A stretch of 64,000 nucleotides of DNA from Spirochaetaceae bacterium (GCA_051531975.1 JAOPTT010000009.1:224001-288000), one strand, 5' to 3'. Shown: positions 22,362-32,909, numbered from the stretch's first letter. Notes: a model not told the origin generated them from the sequence alone. A program made the numbers and translations.

Positions 22362-23480
22362 ATGCCAGAAATTATACTTAAAAACTTAACAAAAAAATTC
22401 GGAAAATTTGTAGCAGTTGAAAATCTTAACATGACAATAAACGACAGGGATTTTGTGAGTCTTCTTGGTCCATCGGGCTGTGGGAAGACTACAACACTCA
22501 GAATGATTGCCGGATTGGAATCGCCAACAGAAGGAGAGATCTGGATTGATAACAAACTTGTATTTTCTTCGGAAACAGGAGTTGATATCTCCCCTGATAA
22601 AAGGAATGTTGGTTTTCTTTTTCAGAATTATGCTTTATGGCCCCATATGACAGTTCATAAAAATATAGCTTTTGGGCTAGAAAATATGAAGTGGGAAAAA
22701 GAGGATATTAACAACAGGGTAAATGAATTATTAACGATGCTTAAGATCGAAGAGTTCGCTGGGCGTTATCCCTCAGAATTATCTGGTGGACAGCAGCAAC
22801 GGGTAGCAATAGCCCGTACCCTTGCAACCGGTCCTAAGGTTCTGTTTATGGATGAACCTCTTTCCAATCTGGATGCCAAGCTTAGAATGGAAATGAGAAC
22901 AGAACTTAAAAGACTGCATATAGAGACAGATTGCACCTTTGTATATGTAACCCATGACCAGTTAGAAGCTATGACACTTTCAACCAAAATATGTATGTTG
23001 AAAGATGGATTCCTTCAGCAGTATGATCCTCCACTAGAGGTTTATCATAATCCTGGGAATTCATTTGTTGCAGATTTTGTTGGTAGTCCAAATATGAATA
23101 TATTAGAAACAACTGGTAACAATACAAATCTGGATGAGATACTTCTTAAATCTGAAAATATCGAACTTATGTATACACCTGTTTCATCAAGTATTACAGT
23201 ACAGAAAGATCAGAAACTTCTACTTGGTATACGACCCGAGGATATTATTATCGAGGAGAATGGTAAACTTAAGGGAGTCGTTTATTCGACACTTCCATCA
23301 GGGATGGAGACAATTGTAAAAATCGATATTAATGGAACTATACTTACAAGTGTTGTATTCAGGGGGTCTGATTTTCAGGTAGGAAAAGAGATCGCTATCA
23401 GTTTCAAAGAAGATAGGTATATCCTTTTTGATGCGGAAAACGGAAAAAACCTGACACAAGGAAAACTTAGTACTTTATAG
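22362..23480 (+). CDS. ABC transporter ATP-binding protein with C-terminal TOBE domain
   Basis: 'GPSGCGKTT', 'LSGGQQQR', 'MDEPLSNLDAKLR', 'YVTHDQ'. Confidence 0.93.
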   Translation: MPEIILKNLTKKFGKFVAVENLNMTINDRDFVSLLGPSGCGKTTTLRMIAGLESPTEGEIWIDNKLVFSSETGVDISPDKRNVGFLFQNYALWPHMTVHKNIAFGLENMKWEKEDINNRVNELLTMLKIEEFAGRYPSELSGGQQQRVAIARTLATGPKVLFMDEPLSNLDAKLRMEMRTELKRLHIETDCTFVYVTHDQLEAMTLSTKICMLKDGFLQQYDPPLEVYHNPGNSFVADFVGSPNMNILETTGNNTNLDEILLKSENIELMYTPVSSSITVQKDQKLLLGIRPEDIIIEENGKLKGVVYSTLPSGMETIVKIDINGTILTSVVFRGSDFQVGKEIAISFKEDRYILFDAENGKNLTQGKLSTL

Positions 23481-23572
23481 TACTCATAAACTTAGGGATG
23501 TGGGATTAAGCTTTACTTTTAGAGATTCATTGGGGATAATCTTAAGGACAAGGTTTGTACGGGAGGTTTGTT

Positions 23573-24259
23573 ATTAATAGGAAAATACTTATTATTGATG
23601 ATGAAATACATATCATCGAATTAATTTCTATGAACTTAAAGAATCAGGGATACAGAACTGTTCATGCACTTTCGGGAGAAGAAGGGCTAAAAATTGCCGC
23701 CCAGGAGCTGCCAGATCTAATTTTACTTGATCTTATGATGGAAGGTATTGACGGAATAGAAACATGCAGACGTTTCAAAACAGATCCAGTACTTGAGAAT
23801 ATTCCTGTTATTATGGTTACTGCTAAAAGTGAAGAAACTGACAAAGTAATAGGCCTTGGAATAGGCGCTGATGATTATTTAACTAAACCGTTTAGCCTCA
23901 GAGAGCTTTTTGCCAGAATATCCGCCGTTTTAAGAAGAGTGGGTAAATACAGTAGTGGTAATATTTTAAGAATTAACGATCTTATTATTGACTCCCTTCA
24001 GTATAAAGTAACTAAAGGTAGCGAAACTATAAACCTTACCCTTACTGAATTTAGAATTCTTCATCTGTTGGTTTTAAACAAAGGAAATGCAATCAGCCGA
24101 GGGAGAATTCTTTCTGACATACTAGGTAAAGATGCTTCCCAGGATGATCGGATTCTAGATGTCCATATTAGGAACCTTAGAATGAAACTTACTATAGATT
24201 CTATACAGGCTGTAACTATAGAGACAGTACGTGGAGTCGGTTATCAGATACTTAGGTAA
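23573..24259 (+). CDS. OmpR/PhoB family response regulator
   Basis: REC 'ILLDLMM...DDYLTKPF' plus winged HTH 'DVHIRNLR...ETVRGVGY'. Start placed at ATT 23573 after GGAGG; the alternative TTG 23555 has only a weaker RBS. Confidence 0.9.
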   Translation: MNRKILIIDDEIHIIELISMNLKNQGYRTVHALSGEEGLKIAAQELPDLILLDLMMEGIDGIETCRRFKTDPVLENIPVIMVTAKSEETDKVIGLGIGADDYLTKPFSLRELFARISAVLRRVGKYSSGNILRINDLIIDSLQYKVTKGSETINLTLTEFRILHLLVLNKGNAISRGRILSDILGKDASQDDRILDVHIRNLRMKLTIDSIQAVTIETVRGVGYQILR

Positions 24260-24262
24260 TTT

Positions 24263-26026
24263 ATGAATAATAGGCGTATTTACGGTATTTTTACATTGTT
24301 ATCTGTCCTGTTTATTGTTGTTGTTTTATCTTTCTATTTAAGAACAGTCAGTATGTATGTCTATCAAGCCAGAAATAATGGATTAATTTTGATAGATTTG
24401 GTCGCTGGTGATCTTTTGGTAGAAAATGATAATGGAAAACCTGATTTTCAGTCTACTGCTATAAAATTTGCCAAAATAACAGGAGCCAGACTGATTATCA
24501 TAAATAAAGATTCCAAATTACTTGCCGATTCGTGGAAAGAGTATATTTCGGGCATCTACTATGATTCTGTTTTATCAGAAGCAAAAAAGGGTGAAACATC
24601 ATATAAGGTCTACAGGAGTCCTCTCGATGATACACTTGTAATGAGTATCGCCCGGCCTCCAGTTTTGATTGGTGATCAGAATATCCTGATAGAAGTGGTT
24701 AATGAAATTCCCGGGGTATTAGGAATTAATAGAATTCTTTTTCAGACATTATGTTGTATGTTTTTTATTCTGTTAATTGGGATAATTATTTTAATAGATA
24801 TTTTTAATAAACGGGTGAAAACCCAGATGAAAACACTATTAGAATCAACAGAAAGAGCAATGCAGAGTGGACTTAACAATATAACTGTTCAGTCGTCGAG
24901 CGAGGAAGTTGGAAAGCTAGTTGAGCATTTTAATACTATTGTTAATCGTTATAACAATCTTGTAGTTGCGGACAACAAAAAGTATAGCCGTATTAATACT
25001 GTATTCTCTAGTATAGGTAGTGGTATTATTGCTTTGGATTCTAATAATAAAATCAGTATGGTAAACTCTCAGGCTGAAAGTTTGTTAAATATCGATAAAG
25101 CAGATCTTTTCAGTTCCCGGATAGACAGAAAAGTCCTGAATCCGGTTCTTGTCACGATTCTGGAACATACTGAAAGTGTTAATAAGACCCGAATAGATCA
25201 AAATTTTTCTATTCAGGATGATAATAATAATATCCTTGATGTTACAGTCACGGTTATAAACAATAAGTATATTCCATACGATCATTTTGGAGTATTAGCA
25301 GTAATAGTTGATGTAACGGAAATGCGAAGGTTGGAAAACTTGAGGAGTGAGTTTATTTCCAATGTCTCTCATGAGTTAAGAACCCCGCTGACTCTTATAG
25401 GTGGATTTGTTGAAACTCTAAAAAATTGGAATGTATTAACTGAGCAGGATCGAAATAGATCTCTGGATATTATAGAGATTGAAACCGACAGGCTTAAACG
25501 ACTTATTTCGGAGTTGTTACTGCTTTCTAAAATAGAAAGTAAAATTGTAAGGAAGCATGAAACATTTATACAAGCTGACTCTCTGGTTTTGGAAGTTATT
25601 AGGTCTCTTATGCCTCTGGCTGAAAAAAAAGGGATAGAGTTTGTTAATCAGATAGACAAAAATATCCCTCATCTAAAGGGTGTAGATAGCTGGTTTAGAC
25701 AGATAATTGTGAACCTTTGTGAAAATGCAATAAAATATACCCCTGAAGGTGGACGGATTTCTGTAGAAGTTGGTAGAGAAGATCAATCACTTCTGATAAA
25801 GGTGAAAGATAATGGGATCGGAATACCACTAAAAGATCAGGAGAAGATCTTCGAACGCTTTTACCGAGTGGATAAGTCCAGGAACAGCCGAATTGGTGGT
25901 AGTGGACTAGGGTTGGCAATTGCACGTCATATAGCCAATGAATTTGGTGGAGACATTCTCCTGGAAAGCAAAGAGGGGGAAGGAAGTGATTTTACAGTAT
26001 CTCTTCCTTTTCGAGAAGAAAATTGA
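24263..26026 (+). CDS. PhoR-like membrane sensor histidine kinase (HAMP-like, PAS, HisKA, HATPase)
   Basis: Two TM segments, 'EFISNVSHELRTPLT', 'FERFYRVDKSR', 'GGSGLGLAI'. Confidence 0.9.
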   Translation: MNNRRIYGIFTLLSVLFIVVVLSFYLRTVSMYVYQARNNGLILIDLVAGDLLVENDNGKPDFQSTAIKFAKITGARLIIINKDSKLLADSWKEYISGIYYDSVLSEAKKGETSYKVYRSPLDDTLVMSIARPPVLIGDQNILIEVVNEIPGVLGINRILFQTLCCMFFILLIGIIILIDIFNKRVKTQMKTLLESTERAMQSGLNNITVQSSSEEVGKLVEHFNTIVNRYNNLVVADNKKYSRINTVFSSIGSGIIALDSNNKISMVNSQAESLLNIDKADLFSSRIDRKVLNPVLVTILEHTESVNKTRIDQNFSIQDDNNNILDVTVTVINNKYIPYDHFGVLAVIVDVTEMRRLENLRSEFISNVSHELRTPLTLIGGFVETLKNWNVLTEQDRNRSLDIIEIETDRLKRLISELLLLSKIESKIVRKHETFIQADSLVLEVIRSLMPLAEKKGIEFVNQIDKNIPHLKGVDSWFRQIIVNLCENAIKYTPEGGRISVEVGREDQSLLIKVKDNGIGIPLKDQEKIFERFYRVDKSRNSRIGGSGLGLAIARHIANEFGGDILLESKEGEGSDFTVSLPFREEN

Positions 26027-26047
26027 AATAAATCAGGAGTTCAAAAT

Positions 26048-26917
26048 ATGAATTTTATAATAGTAACCGGTATGTCCGGTGCAGGAAAGTCAACAGTGCT
26101 CAATACTCTAGAAGATATCGGGTATTACTGTAGTGATAACATTCCTCCACAGTTAATTATGCATTATGCTGAGATCCTTCATGACGAAAAAAAGGATATC
26201 CATAAGATAGCTTTAGTTGTTGATTCCAAAGGTATGGAAATATTTGAGAGTTTTCAACAAAGTTTGGATGATTTATCAGCGGAAAATTATGTCTATAAAC
26301 TTCTATTTTTAGATGCTGACAATAAAGTTCTACTTAATCGATATAAGGAAGGAAGACGGAGGCATCCTCTAGCTAAAAATGATGCTTATTCGTTAGAAGG
26401 TTCCATTAACAATGAACGGGATCTATTGAATTCTGTAAGGGATGAAGCAGATTTTATAATAGATACTTCTCTAATTTCTCCATCTCAGCTTAAAACAAGA
26501 ATTGTCGATTTGTTCCTTGAGGATGAGAGAAAAGGATTAACTATTATTTGTATGTCGTTTGGGTTCAAGAATGGATTACCTCCAGAGGTGGATTTAGTTT
26601 TTGATCTCCGATGCCTTCGAAATCCATTTTATGTCCCCGAGCTAAAAGAGAGAACTGGGCTTGAATCTGCAGTTAGTGATTATGTTATGGACCATCAGGA
26701 AAGTCTGGATTTCTATGGTAAAATTTATGATCTAGTAGAATTTTCATTACCATTATATATCAGAGAAGGAAAGAGTTGCTTGGTAATTGGTATGGGTTGT
26801 ACAGGAGGAAAGCACCGTTCCGTTACCTTTGCAGAGCGACTTGCTAAGCAATTAATCGATTCTGATTACAAGGTTAATATTGTACACCGTGACGTTAATA
26901 AAATAAATCAATATTAG
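26048..26917 (+). CDS. rapZ: RNase adapter RapZ / YvcJ P-loop NTPase
   Basis: 'IVTGMSGAGKS', 'DIGYYCSDNIP', 'RRHPL', 'SFGFKNGLP', 'GCTGGKHRSV'. Confidence 0.92.
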   Translation: MNFIIVTGMSGAGKSTVLNTLEDIGYYCSDNIPPQLIMHYAEILHDEKKDIHKIALVVDSKGMEIFESFQQSLDDLSAENYVYKLLFLDADNKVLLNRYKEGRRRHPLAKNDAYSLEGSINNERDLLNSVRDEADFIIDTSLISPSQLKTRIVDLFLEDERKGLTIICMSFGFKNGLPPEVDLVFDLRCLRNPFYVPELKERTGLESAVSDYVMDHQESLDFYGKIYDLVEFSLPLYIREGKSCLVIGMGCTGGKHRSVTFAERLAKQLIDSDYKVNIVHRDVNKINQY

Positions 26918-26987
26918 TTTATATTAAAATTCTAGCAATATTAGTAAGGAGATCAAATAAAAATGGTTATGAAGTGTAAGAATATAA

Positions 26988-28463
26988 ATGCTGAATGAAT
27001 ATAAATGTTCTGTACGTAAACATAGTAAAAAGCAGTTGGAAATTAAAGTTGAATATCCACTTATAGAAGATGAGAAAATCAGTAACTTCTCACTGGAACT
27101 CTATTATTTTTTCCCATCTCAGCTACATGTTAATGAAAAAAGAATTGGCCTAAAAAACTTTCTAAACAGTATGTTAATAAATACACGGTTCTCTTCCCCA
27201 CTTATTCGTCTAGAAAATGTTCTGGATCTAGATTACGACCTAAGCCCATTAATCAGAATTGAGAAATTATTAAACGATCACGACCTAGGTAATTCAAAAA
27301 TTCATAATAAACTTTTATACGAATTACAAACTCTGTGTAACTTATATCGGACAGAAATTACAAACTTGGTTAAGCTTATAAAAAGAGAAATAAAGAAAGG
27401 ACAACGAGAGGATATATATCTGGAAAGAATAGTTTTAATGATAAAAACTGTTAAAATATTTCTAGTGCGTTTTAGAAACTTACATATGTTGTTTCTAAAT
27501 CATCATATCCACGAAGATCTTAGAACAGCACTACTCTGGGCTGACGAATCCATAAGTATTATTACAGGCCGGTGTTTTATAAACCTTTTTGATAGTTGTG
27601 AAAGTCATTTAGACGAGTATAAATTTAGAGATAAAATAAAGAACGTAATCGAAAAAGAGGTCACTTATAGAAAATCTATGAACTTTAGGTATCAGTACGA
27701 TAAAAACAATCCATTATGTGGAGAGACAATGGCGTACAGAGATAGTGTATTAAAAAAATGGTACCAGAGTTCCATGTATATGAACAATGAAAATAGTAAT
27801 ACACCTAAAAGAATAGGGCACATTATGGCTGGGATTGCGGCTGGTGTTGCTATGGCTTTAACTGTATTTATAGTAATGTTTGCAGAGAGTTATTTCCCTA
27901 AAAATAGCAGTCTGTTAATTATGGCTATAGTTCTGTCTTATATATTAAAAGATAGAATAAAAGAGATTTTACGTACAGCTTTTGGTAATATGCTTCCAAG
28001 ACTAACAACAGACCAGCAGTCTAATCTATTTGATCCAGCATTAAAAAGCAAAGTTGGTAGATCATCTGGAGCAGTTAGTTTTGTGTCTTCTGCTACCATA
28101 CCAGAAGTTGTTAATAAAATAAGATATAAACAACCTAATCCCTTTAGGAAAATTTTACCTGAAAATGATATTTTTCATTATAAAAGAAGAATAAAAATAA
28201 AGTCCGGGATATTAAAAAAGAACCACTCTAGGCTGGAATCTATAACCGAGATTATACGTTTTCAAATAGACGACTGGTTAAAGGATATGGATGATAGCAA
28301 GGCTGATCTATGGTATCTAGAAGATGATAAAAGAATTAAAATAAACGGCGGACGTGTCTATAGAGTACACCTTATAGTCGCTCTTAATACAGACAAGTTC
28401 TACCACTATAAATTAATTATTAACAGATCTGGAATACTTAGAATTTTAAAAGAGGATGTTTAA
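26988..28463 (+). CDS. Hypothetical membrane protein (two central TM helices)
   Basis: 491-aa ORF with hydrophobic pair 'AGIAAGVAMALTVFIV' and 'LLIMAIVLSYILKDRIKE'. Confidence 0.75.
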   Translation: MLNEYKCSVRKHSKKQLEIKVEYPLIEDEKISNFSLELYYFFPSQLHVNEKRIGLKNFLNSMLINTRFSSPLIRLENVLDLDYDLSPLIRIEKLLNDHDLGNSKIHNKLLYELQTLCNLYRTEITNLVKLIKREIKKGQREDIYLERIVLMIKTVKIFLVRFRNLHMLFLNHHIHEDLRTALLWADESISIITGRCFINLFDSCESHLDEYKFRDKIKNVIEKEVTYRKSMNFRYQYDKNNPLCGETMAYRDSVLKKWYQSSMYMNNENSNTPKRIGHIMAGIAAGVAMALTVFIVMFAESYFPKNSSLLIMAIVLSYILKDRIKEILRTAFGNMLPRLTTDQQSNLFDPALKSKVGRSSGAVSFVSSATIPEVVNKIRYKQPNPFRKILPENDIFHYKRRIKIKSGILKKNHSRLESITEIIRFQIDDWLKDMDDSKADLWYLEDDKRIKINGGRVYRVHLIVALNTDKFYHYKLIINRSGILRILKEDV

Positions 28464-28532
28464 AATCCAGACCAGAAAGTGAATCTAAGTGGTACGAATA
28501 AATATTGGTATAATTATTACTGATGAAAAGTG

Positions 28533-29711
28533 TTAATAAGTAATACTATTAATTATATCCATATCAACTTCTAAAGCTTTAAACAGTGGATATTCCACAT
28601 CGACCATAGCTTTCATTGTTGTAAAAGTTGTATCGTATGTCCCATCATATGAGTAATCAAAATATACACCATTCGGTTCTGTCTCTAACAATACATAGTT
28701 TACATCCTGTGTAATAGCTGTTCCACCATTTTGCTCATCGTATTGCCAACCAGTTATGTTTGTATATTGTTCAGTAGTTGTAGTAAGAGTTAGAATTAAA
28801 GAGTTACCACTGTCGTAGACATAATAGACCCCAGAAATAAGTTGTAGAGTATGTGAATTTAATAATGGAAGAGCTTTTTTTAGAGAGTAAAAATTATCAG
28901 TTGTAGCATTATATTCATAACCTAGTAATTTTGGATTTGATCCTGTTATTTGTTCTGTATATGTTCTTGTTTCTACTATTGAGTCATCAACTACTAATAT
29001 ACCTTCTAAAGTATTGCTACCACCGTCTGAAAATAGATTAAATCCCAAACCTGTATTATCATTACTAGAATAAACAAATGTATCAATAACCCCTAAAATC
29101 TCTGCTTCTCTAAAATAATTTAATGTACCGTTTTCATTAAAAATTCTAGTAATATAATTATAATCAACACCAAGTAAATTACGATTTATATAAGAATCAA
29201 TATATTTGTTCGCAGTATTATACATTATGTATCTTTTTATAATGGAACCATTATTATTTAGATATATTGTTGATTCTATATCAAGTTCTCCACTTGAATC
29301 CTCTAATATTTTAATAGTTAAATTCGTTAAACTATCACTGAAATTTATGACTATAGAGTTATCATCTGCCAATGTAAAACTAATTCCATCTAATCCAAGA
29401 AGATCAATATCATCATCTTCTGTAATCGTACTACTTTGGGAATAATCGATAATGGCGTTATAGATATTTATTTCCATTAAGTCTACAGATTCATAGATAA
29501 ACTCTAACTCATTAATATTTGCATTATCTAGGTTAGTTTCAGTTAATATTACTCTACTTATACTTCTAGACATAGAAGTAGGAAGATCTATGTTAATTTT
29601 TGAAAAGGCCGAGATCTGATCAGTTAGATCTGCTCCAGAGGGACTATCTTCAATTGGATCGCAACTAAAAAATAGGAAGACCAAAAGAAAACTTATTATT
29701 ACTTTCTTCAT
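28533..29711 (-). CDS. Hypothetical lipoprotein
   Basis: MKKVIISFLLVFLFFSC lipobox. N/T/Y/D-rich mature part. Start uncertain within 29711-29723. Confidence 0.72.
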   Translation of the reverse strand: MKKVIISFLLVFLFFSCDPIEDSPSGADLTDQISAFSKINIDLPTSMSRSISRVILTETNLDNANINELEFIYESVDLMEINIYNAIIDYSQSSTITEDDDIDLLGLDGISFTLADDNSIVINFSDSLTNLTIKILEDSSGELDIESTIYLNNNGSIIKRYIMYNTANKYIDSYINRNLLGVDYNYITRIFNENGTLNYFREAEILGVIDTFVYSSNDNTGLGFNLFSDGGSNTLEGILVVDDSIVETRTYTEQITGSNPKLLGYEYNATTDNFYSLKKALPLLNSHTLQLISGVYYVYDSGNSLILTLTTTTEQYTNITGWQYDEQNGGTAITQDVNYVLLETEPNGVYFDYSYDGTYDTTFTTMKAMVDVEYPLFKALEVDMDIINSITY

Positions 29712-30053
29712 AAACATCACCACATTTTAAAATTTTTAATACCTATAAGTATTATAAGCCCAAAAGAATTAGAAGTAAATTAACTATACATGAATAAGGT
29801 AAGGTTAATAGGAATATTAATTTAACCTTAAGTTATTACTGTTTTTGTAATTAAAGGCCTAATTTTACAACTTATATTCAAACAATACATTCTGTAGTGA
29901 TTCGCAACTTAAAAATAATATAGTTTTACATAACCTCTTATACCAAAAGACTTTATAGTCAATTCTGTGTATTTTATCTATTCGATTAAGAGCTTAATAG
30001 GTTTCTTTTTTTTTACTTTAGTAGACTAAATATAATTAATATCAATTTATAAG

Positions 30054-30144
30054 TTGACAGAATTTGAGTAGAGGATGTAGGATACTGTAAACGTTTACAG
30101 TATAATTCTTAAAACGTTTACAGTGATTCACTTAAAACGTTTAC
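30054..30144 (+). promoter_or_regulatory. Sigma70 promoter with three LacI-type operators
   Basis: TTGACA 30054-30059 and TAGGAT 30078-30083. Perfect palindrome ATACTGTAAACGTTTACAGTAT at 30082-30103 plus two further AAACGTTTAC cores at 23-bp intervals. Confidence 0.8.
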
Positions 30145-30171
30145 GATATATCTATTTTTAAGGTTAGGGTA

Positions 30172-31497
30172 ATGAAATCCAAGATTAAAATAACATTTGT
30201 AGGTGCAGGAAGCACAATATTTTTAAAGAACTTATTAGGTGATTCATTTTTATATGAGAGTCTAAAAGATTCAGAAATTGCACTTTACGATATTGATAAT
30301 GAGAGACTTGAAGAGTCCCGATTAGTTCTAGAATCTATGAACAACACTATTAACGACGGTAGAGCGACAGTTTTTACATATTTAGGTGTAAAACAGCGTA
30401 AAGATGCGCTAAAAGATGCAAACTTTGTATTTAATGCAATACAGGTTGGAGGTTATGAGCCAGCAACAATAGTAGATTTTGATATTCCTAAAAAATATGG
30501 ATTAAGACAAACAATAGGGGACACAGTAGGTATTGGTGGAATATTTAGGGGTTTAAGAACAATCCCTGTTGTTATCGATATTGTAAAAGATATGGAAGTT
30601 GTTTGCCCAGATGCACTGTTTTTAAATTATACAAATCCTATGGCTATGGTAACAGGTGCAATTCAGAGGGTTTCAAATATTAAATCAGTTGGACTTTGTC
30701 ACTCAGTTCAAGTTTGCGCTCCAGATTTATTAAAATCTTTAGATATGGAAGTTAAAGATCTTAGATGGCATGTTGCAGGTATTAACCATATGGCATGGTT
30801 ATTAGAAGTACGAGACGGGGATGAAGATCTCTACCCTGAAATTAAGAAAAGAGCAGCAGCTAAAAATAGTTCTGGTAAACACGATGACATGATTCGGTTT
30901 CAGATGATGAAATATTTTGGTTATTACATTGCTGAGTCCTCGGAGCATTTCTCTGAATATACTCCATATTGGATTAGACGAGACTCTCCAGAATTAATAG
31001 AGAACTTCAATATTCCATTGGATGAATACCCAAGACGATGTATTGAACAGATCGATGACTGGAACAGACGTAAAGATGACATTATTAGTGGAAAAGGTTT
31101 AGTCCACGAAAAAACAAAAGAGTACGGTGCAGATATTATGAATGCAGTAGTTACTGATATACCAATATGTATTCATGGAAATATGATAAATAGAGCAGGT
31201 TATATTTCAAATCTAATAACTGATGCCATTGTTGAAATCCCATGTATGATCGATGGAAATGGTGTTAATGGTGTTTTTGTAGGAGCCCTTCCTACCCAGT
31301 GTGCTGCCTTAAACTCAACAAATATAAGCGTACAGTTAATGACTATAGAGGCAGCTTTAACCCAGAGTAAAGATGCTGTTTATAGAGCGGCAATGTTAGA
31401 TCCCCATACATCTCAGGATCTACCAATAGAAAAAATAACCCAGATGTGCGACGAACTTTTGGAAGCCCATAAACAGTGGTTACCAGAGTATAAATAA
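30172..31497 (+). CDS. melA: GH4 NAD+/Mn2+-dependent alpha-galactosidase
   Basis: 'KITFVGAGS', 'QTIGDTVGIGGIFRGLRTIP', 'NYTNPM', specificity motif 'GLCHSVQ', 'AGINHMAW'. Confidence 0.85.
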   Translation: MKSKIKITFVGAGSTIFLKNLLGDSFLYESLKDSEIALYDIDNERLEESRLVLESMNNTINDGRATVFTYLGVKQRKDALKDANFVFNAIQVGGYEPATIVDFDIPKKYGLRQTIGDTVGIGGIFRGLRTIPVVIDIVKDMEVVCPDALFLNYTNPMAMVTGAIQRVSNIKSVGLCHSVQVCAPDLLKSLDMEVKDLRWHVAGINHMAWLLEVRDGDEDLYPEIKKRAAAKNSSGKHDDMIRFQMMKYFGYYIAESSEHFSEYTPYWIRRDSPELIENFNIPLDEYPRRCIEQIDDWNRRKDDIISGKGLVHEKTKEYGADIMNAVVTDIPICIHGNMINRAGYISNLITDAIVEIPCMIDGNGVNGVFVGALPTQCAALNSTNISVQLMTIEAALTQSKDAVYRAAMLDPHTSQDLPIEKITQMCDELLEAHKQWLPEYK

Positions 31498-31550
31498 GTA
31501 ATCTACTTTGTGGTATCAAGCTACAAAGAGGTAAATAAGAGGAGATTTTT

Positions 31551-32909
31551 ATGAAGTCAATTTTAAAAGCACTTACAGTGTGCGCTCTATTAATTGCATC
31601 GGCATCAATATTTGCAGGTGGAAATAAAGAGGAAGCAGCTCAACAACCAACTACTCCAGAAAAAGTAGTTTTAACTTGGTGGACATGGTCACTACCTACT
31701 GTTGAGGATTTTGTCGTTATTAAAGCGGGATTTGAAGCTAAATACCCAAATATCGAACTACAATCTAGTGTAAACCAGATGGATGATTACAAAACTAAAT
31801 TACAGGCAGAGTTCTCTTCCGGTGCTGGACCAGATATTTTATGTGTTCAACCAGGTTCTTTGTTAAATAAATATAAGCCATTCCTATTAGACTTAACTGG
31901 ACCAGCTGCATCTACTTTAGATCAGTTAGTACCTGCAGTTGTTGCAGATGCTAAGTTCAGATCAGGTGGTGATAAAACTTTGATGGCACCACTAGGTTCT
32001 GCTTCTACAATGTTTGTATATTACAATGCAACTTATTTTGAAGCTGCTGGAATTAAAGAAGTTCCTACAGATTTAACTTCTATGAAGACAGCTATTGCTA
32101 AATTAAAGACAACATTCCCAGATAAATTACCATTAACTGTTGGTCTGAAAGACAGCTGGTTTAATGGTGATATTTTCTCTCTATTTGCTAACATGGTAGA
32201 GAAAGGAATTACTGAGAAAGCTGATAACGGTGAAGTTAAATGGAATGCTCCACAGTTTGTTCAAGCTATGACAGTTTTAAAACAATTAGTAGACGAAGGT
32301 GTAATTGAAAAAGACGCACTTGGTGTTTCTGTATACGAAGATTCAATTGGTATGTGGGCAGATGGAAAAGCTGCAATGCACATTAACGGTGGTTGGGCAG
32401 TTGGAATGTTATCTAACCCTACAAATGTAAATGCTGAAGGTAAACCATACGCAGATAGACGTGGTGACAGAGCTACAGATAATGACGTATTTGGTGCATT
32501 TCCAGTTCCTAACTTTGCAGGTGGAGATCCAGTTGTTCTTGGTGGAATTGACGTTGGTATTTCGATAAATAAAAACGTAGCAAAAGATGCAGCTAAATTA
32601 GATGCAGCTACAAAACTACTTGAGTATATGTTAGTTGGAGAGGGAAGAACTTACCAAACAGGTCGACCTGGTTCTGGTCTTATTCCATCTTTAAAAGGTG
32701 CTTCTTTAAACAAAACAATATACCAAGACAAAGCGTCAGCTGATGGTGTAGATGCAATTGTTGATGCAACTAATAACAATATGGCAGCTCCTAGAGGAAC
32801 TTCTAATCCTGCTGTATTTACTCAGTTAGGTATTGTAGTTCAAAACGTTGTAGCAGGTAACGACATTCAGTCTGAATTAGATGCTCTACAATTAGTTTCA
32901 GAGAAATAA
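31551..32909 (+). CDS. Carbohydrate ABC transporter substrate-binding protein (SBP_bac_1)
   Basis: Signal peptide, 'FEAKYPNI', 'GAGPDI', 'YYNATYF', 'GKAAMHINGGW'. Confidence 0.88.
   Translation: MKSILKALTVCALLIASASIFAGGNKEEAAQQPTTPEKVVLTWWTWSLPTVEDFVVIKAGFEAKYPNIELQSSVNQMDDYKTKLQAEFSSGAGPDILCVQPGSLLNKYKPFLLDLTGPAASTLDQLVPAVVADAKFRSGGDKTLMAPLGSASTMFVYYNATYFEAAGIKEVPTDLTSMKTAIAKLKTTFPDKLPLTVGLKDSWFNGDIFSLFANMVEKGITEKADNGEVKWNAPQFVQAMTVLKQLVDEGVIEKDALGVSVYEDSIGMWADGKAAMHINGGWAVGMLSNPTNVNAEGKPYADRRGDRATDNDVFGAFPVPNFAGGDPVVLGGIDVGISINKNVAKDAAKLDAATKLLEYMLVGEGRTYQTGRPGSGLIPSLKGASLNKTIYQDKASADGVDAIVDATNNNMAAPRGTSNPAVFTQLGIVVQNVVAGNDIQSELDALQLVSEK

Noticed and set aside
23573..26026. Naming the pair phoB/phoR
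   Set aside because: Family resemblance only. No pstSCAB or phoU nearby and no clear Pho box seen.
30082..30144. Periodic repeats as a mini-CRISPR or iteron array
   Set aside because: Only three ~10-17-bp cores at 23-bp period, no spacer-length unique sequences, no cas or rep genes. Explained by LacI operators.
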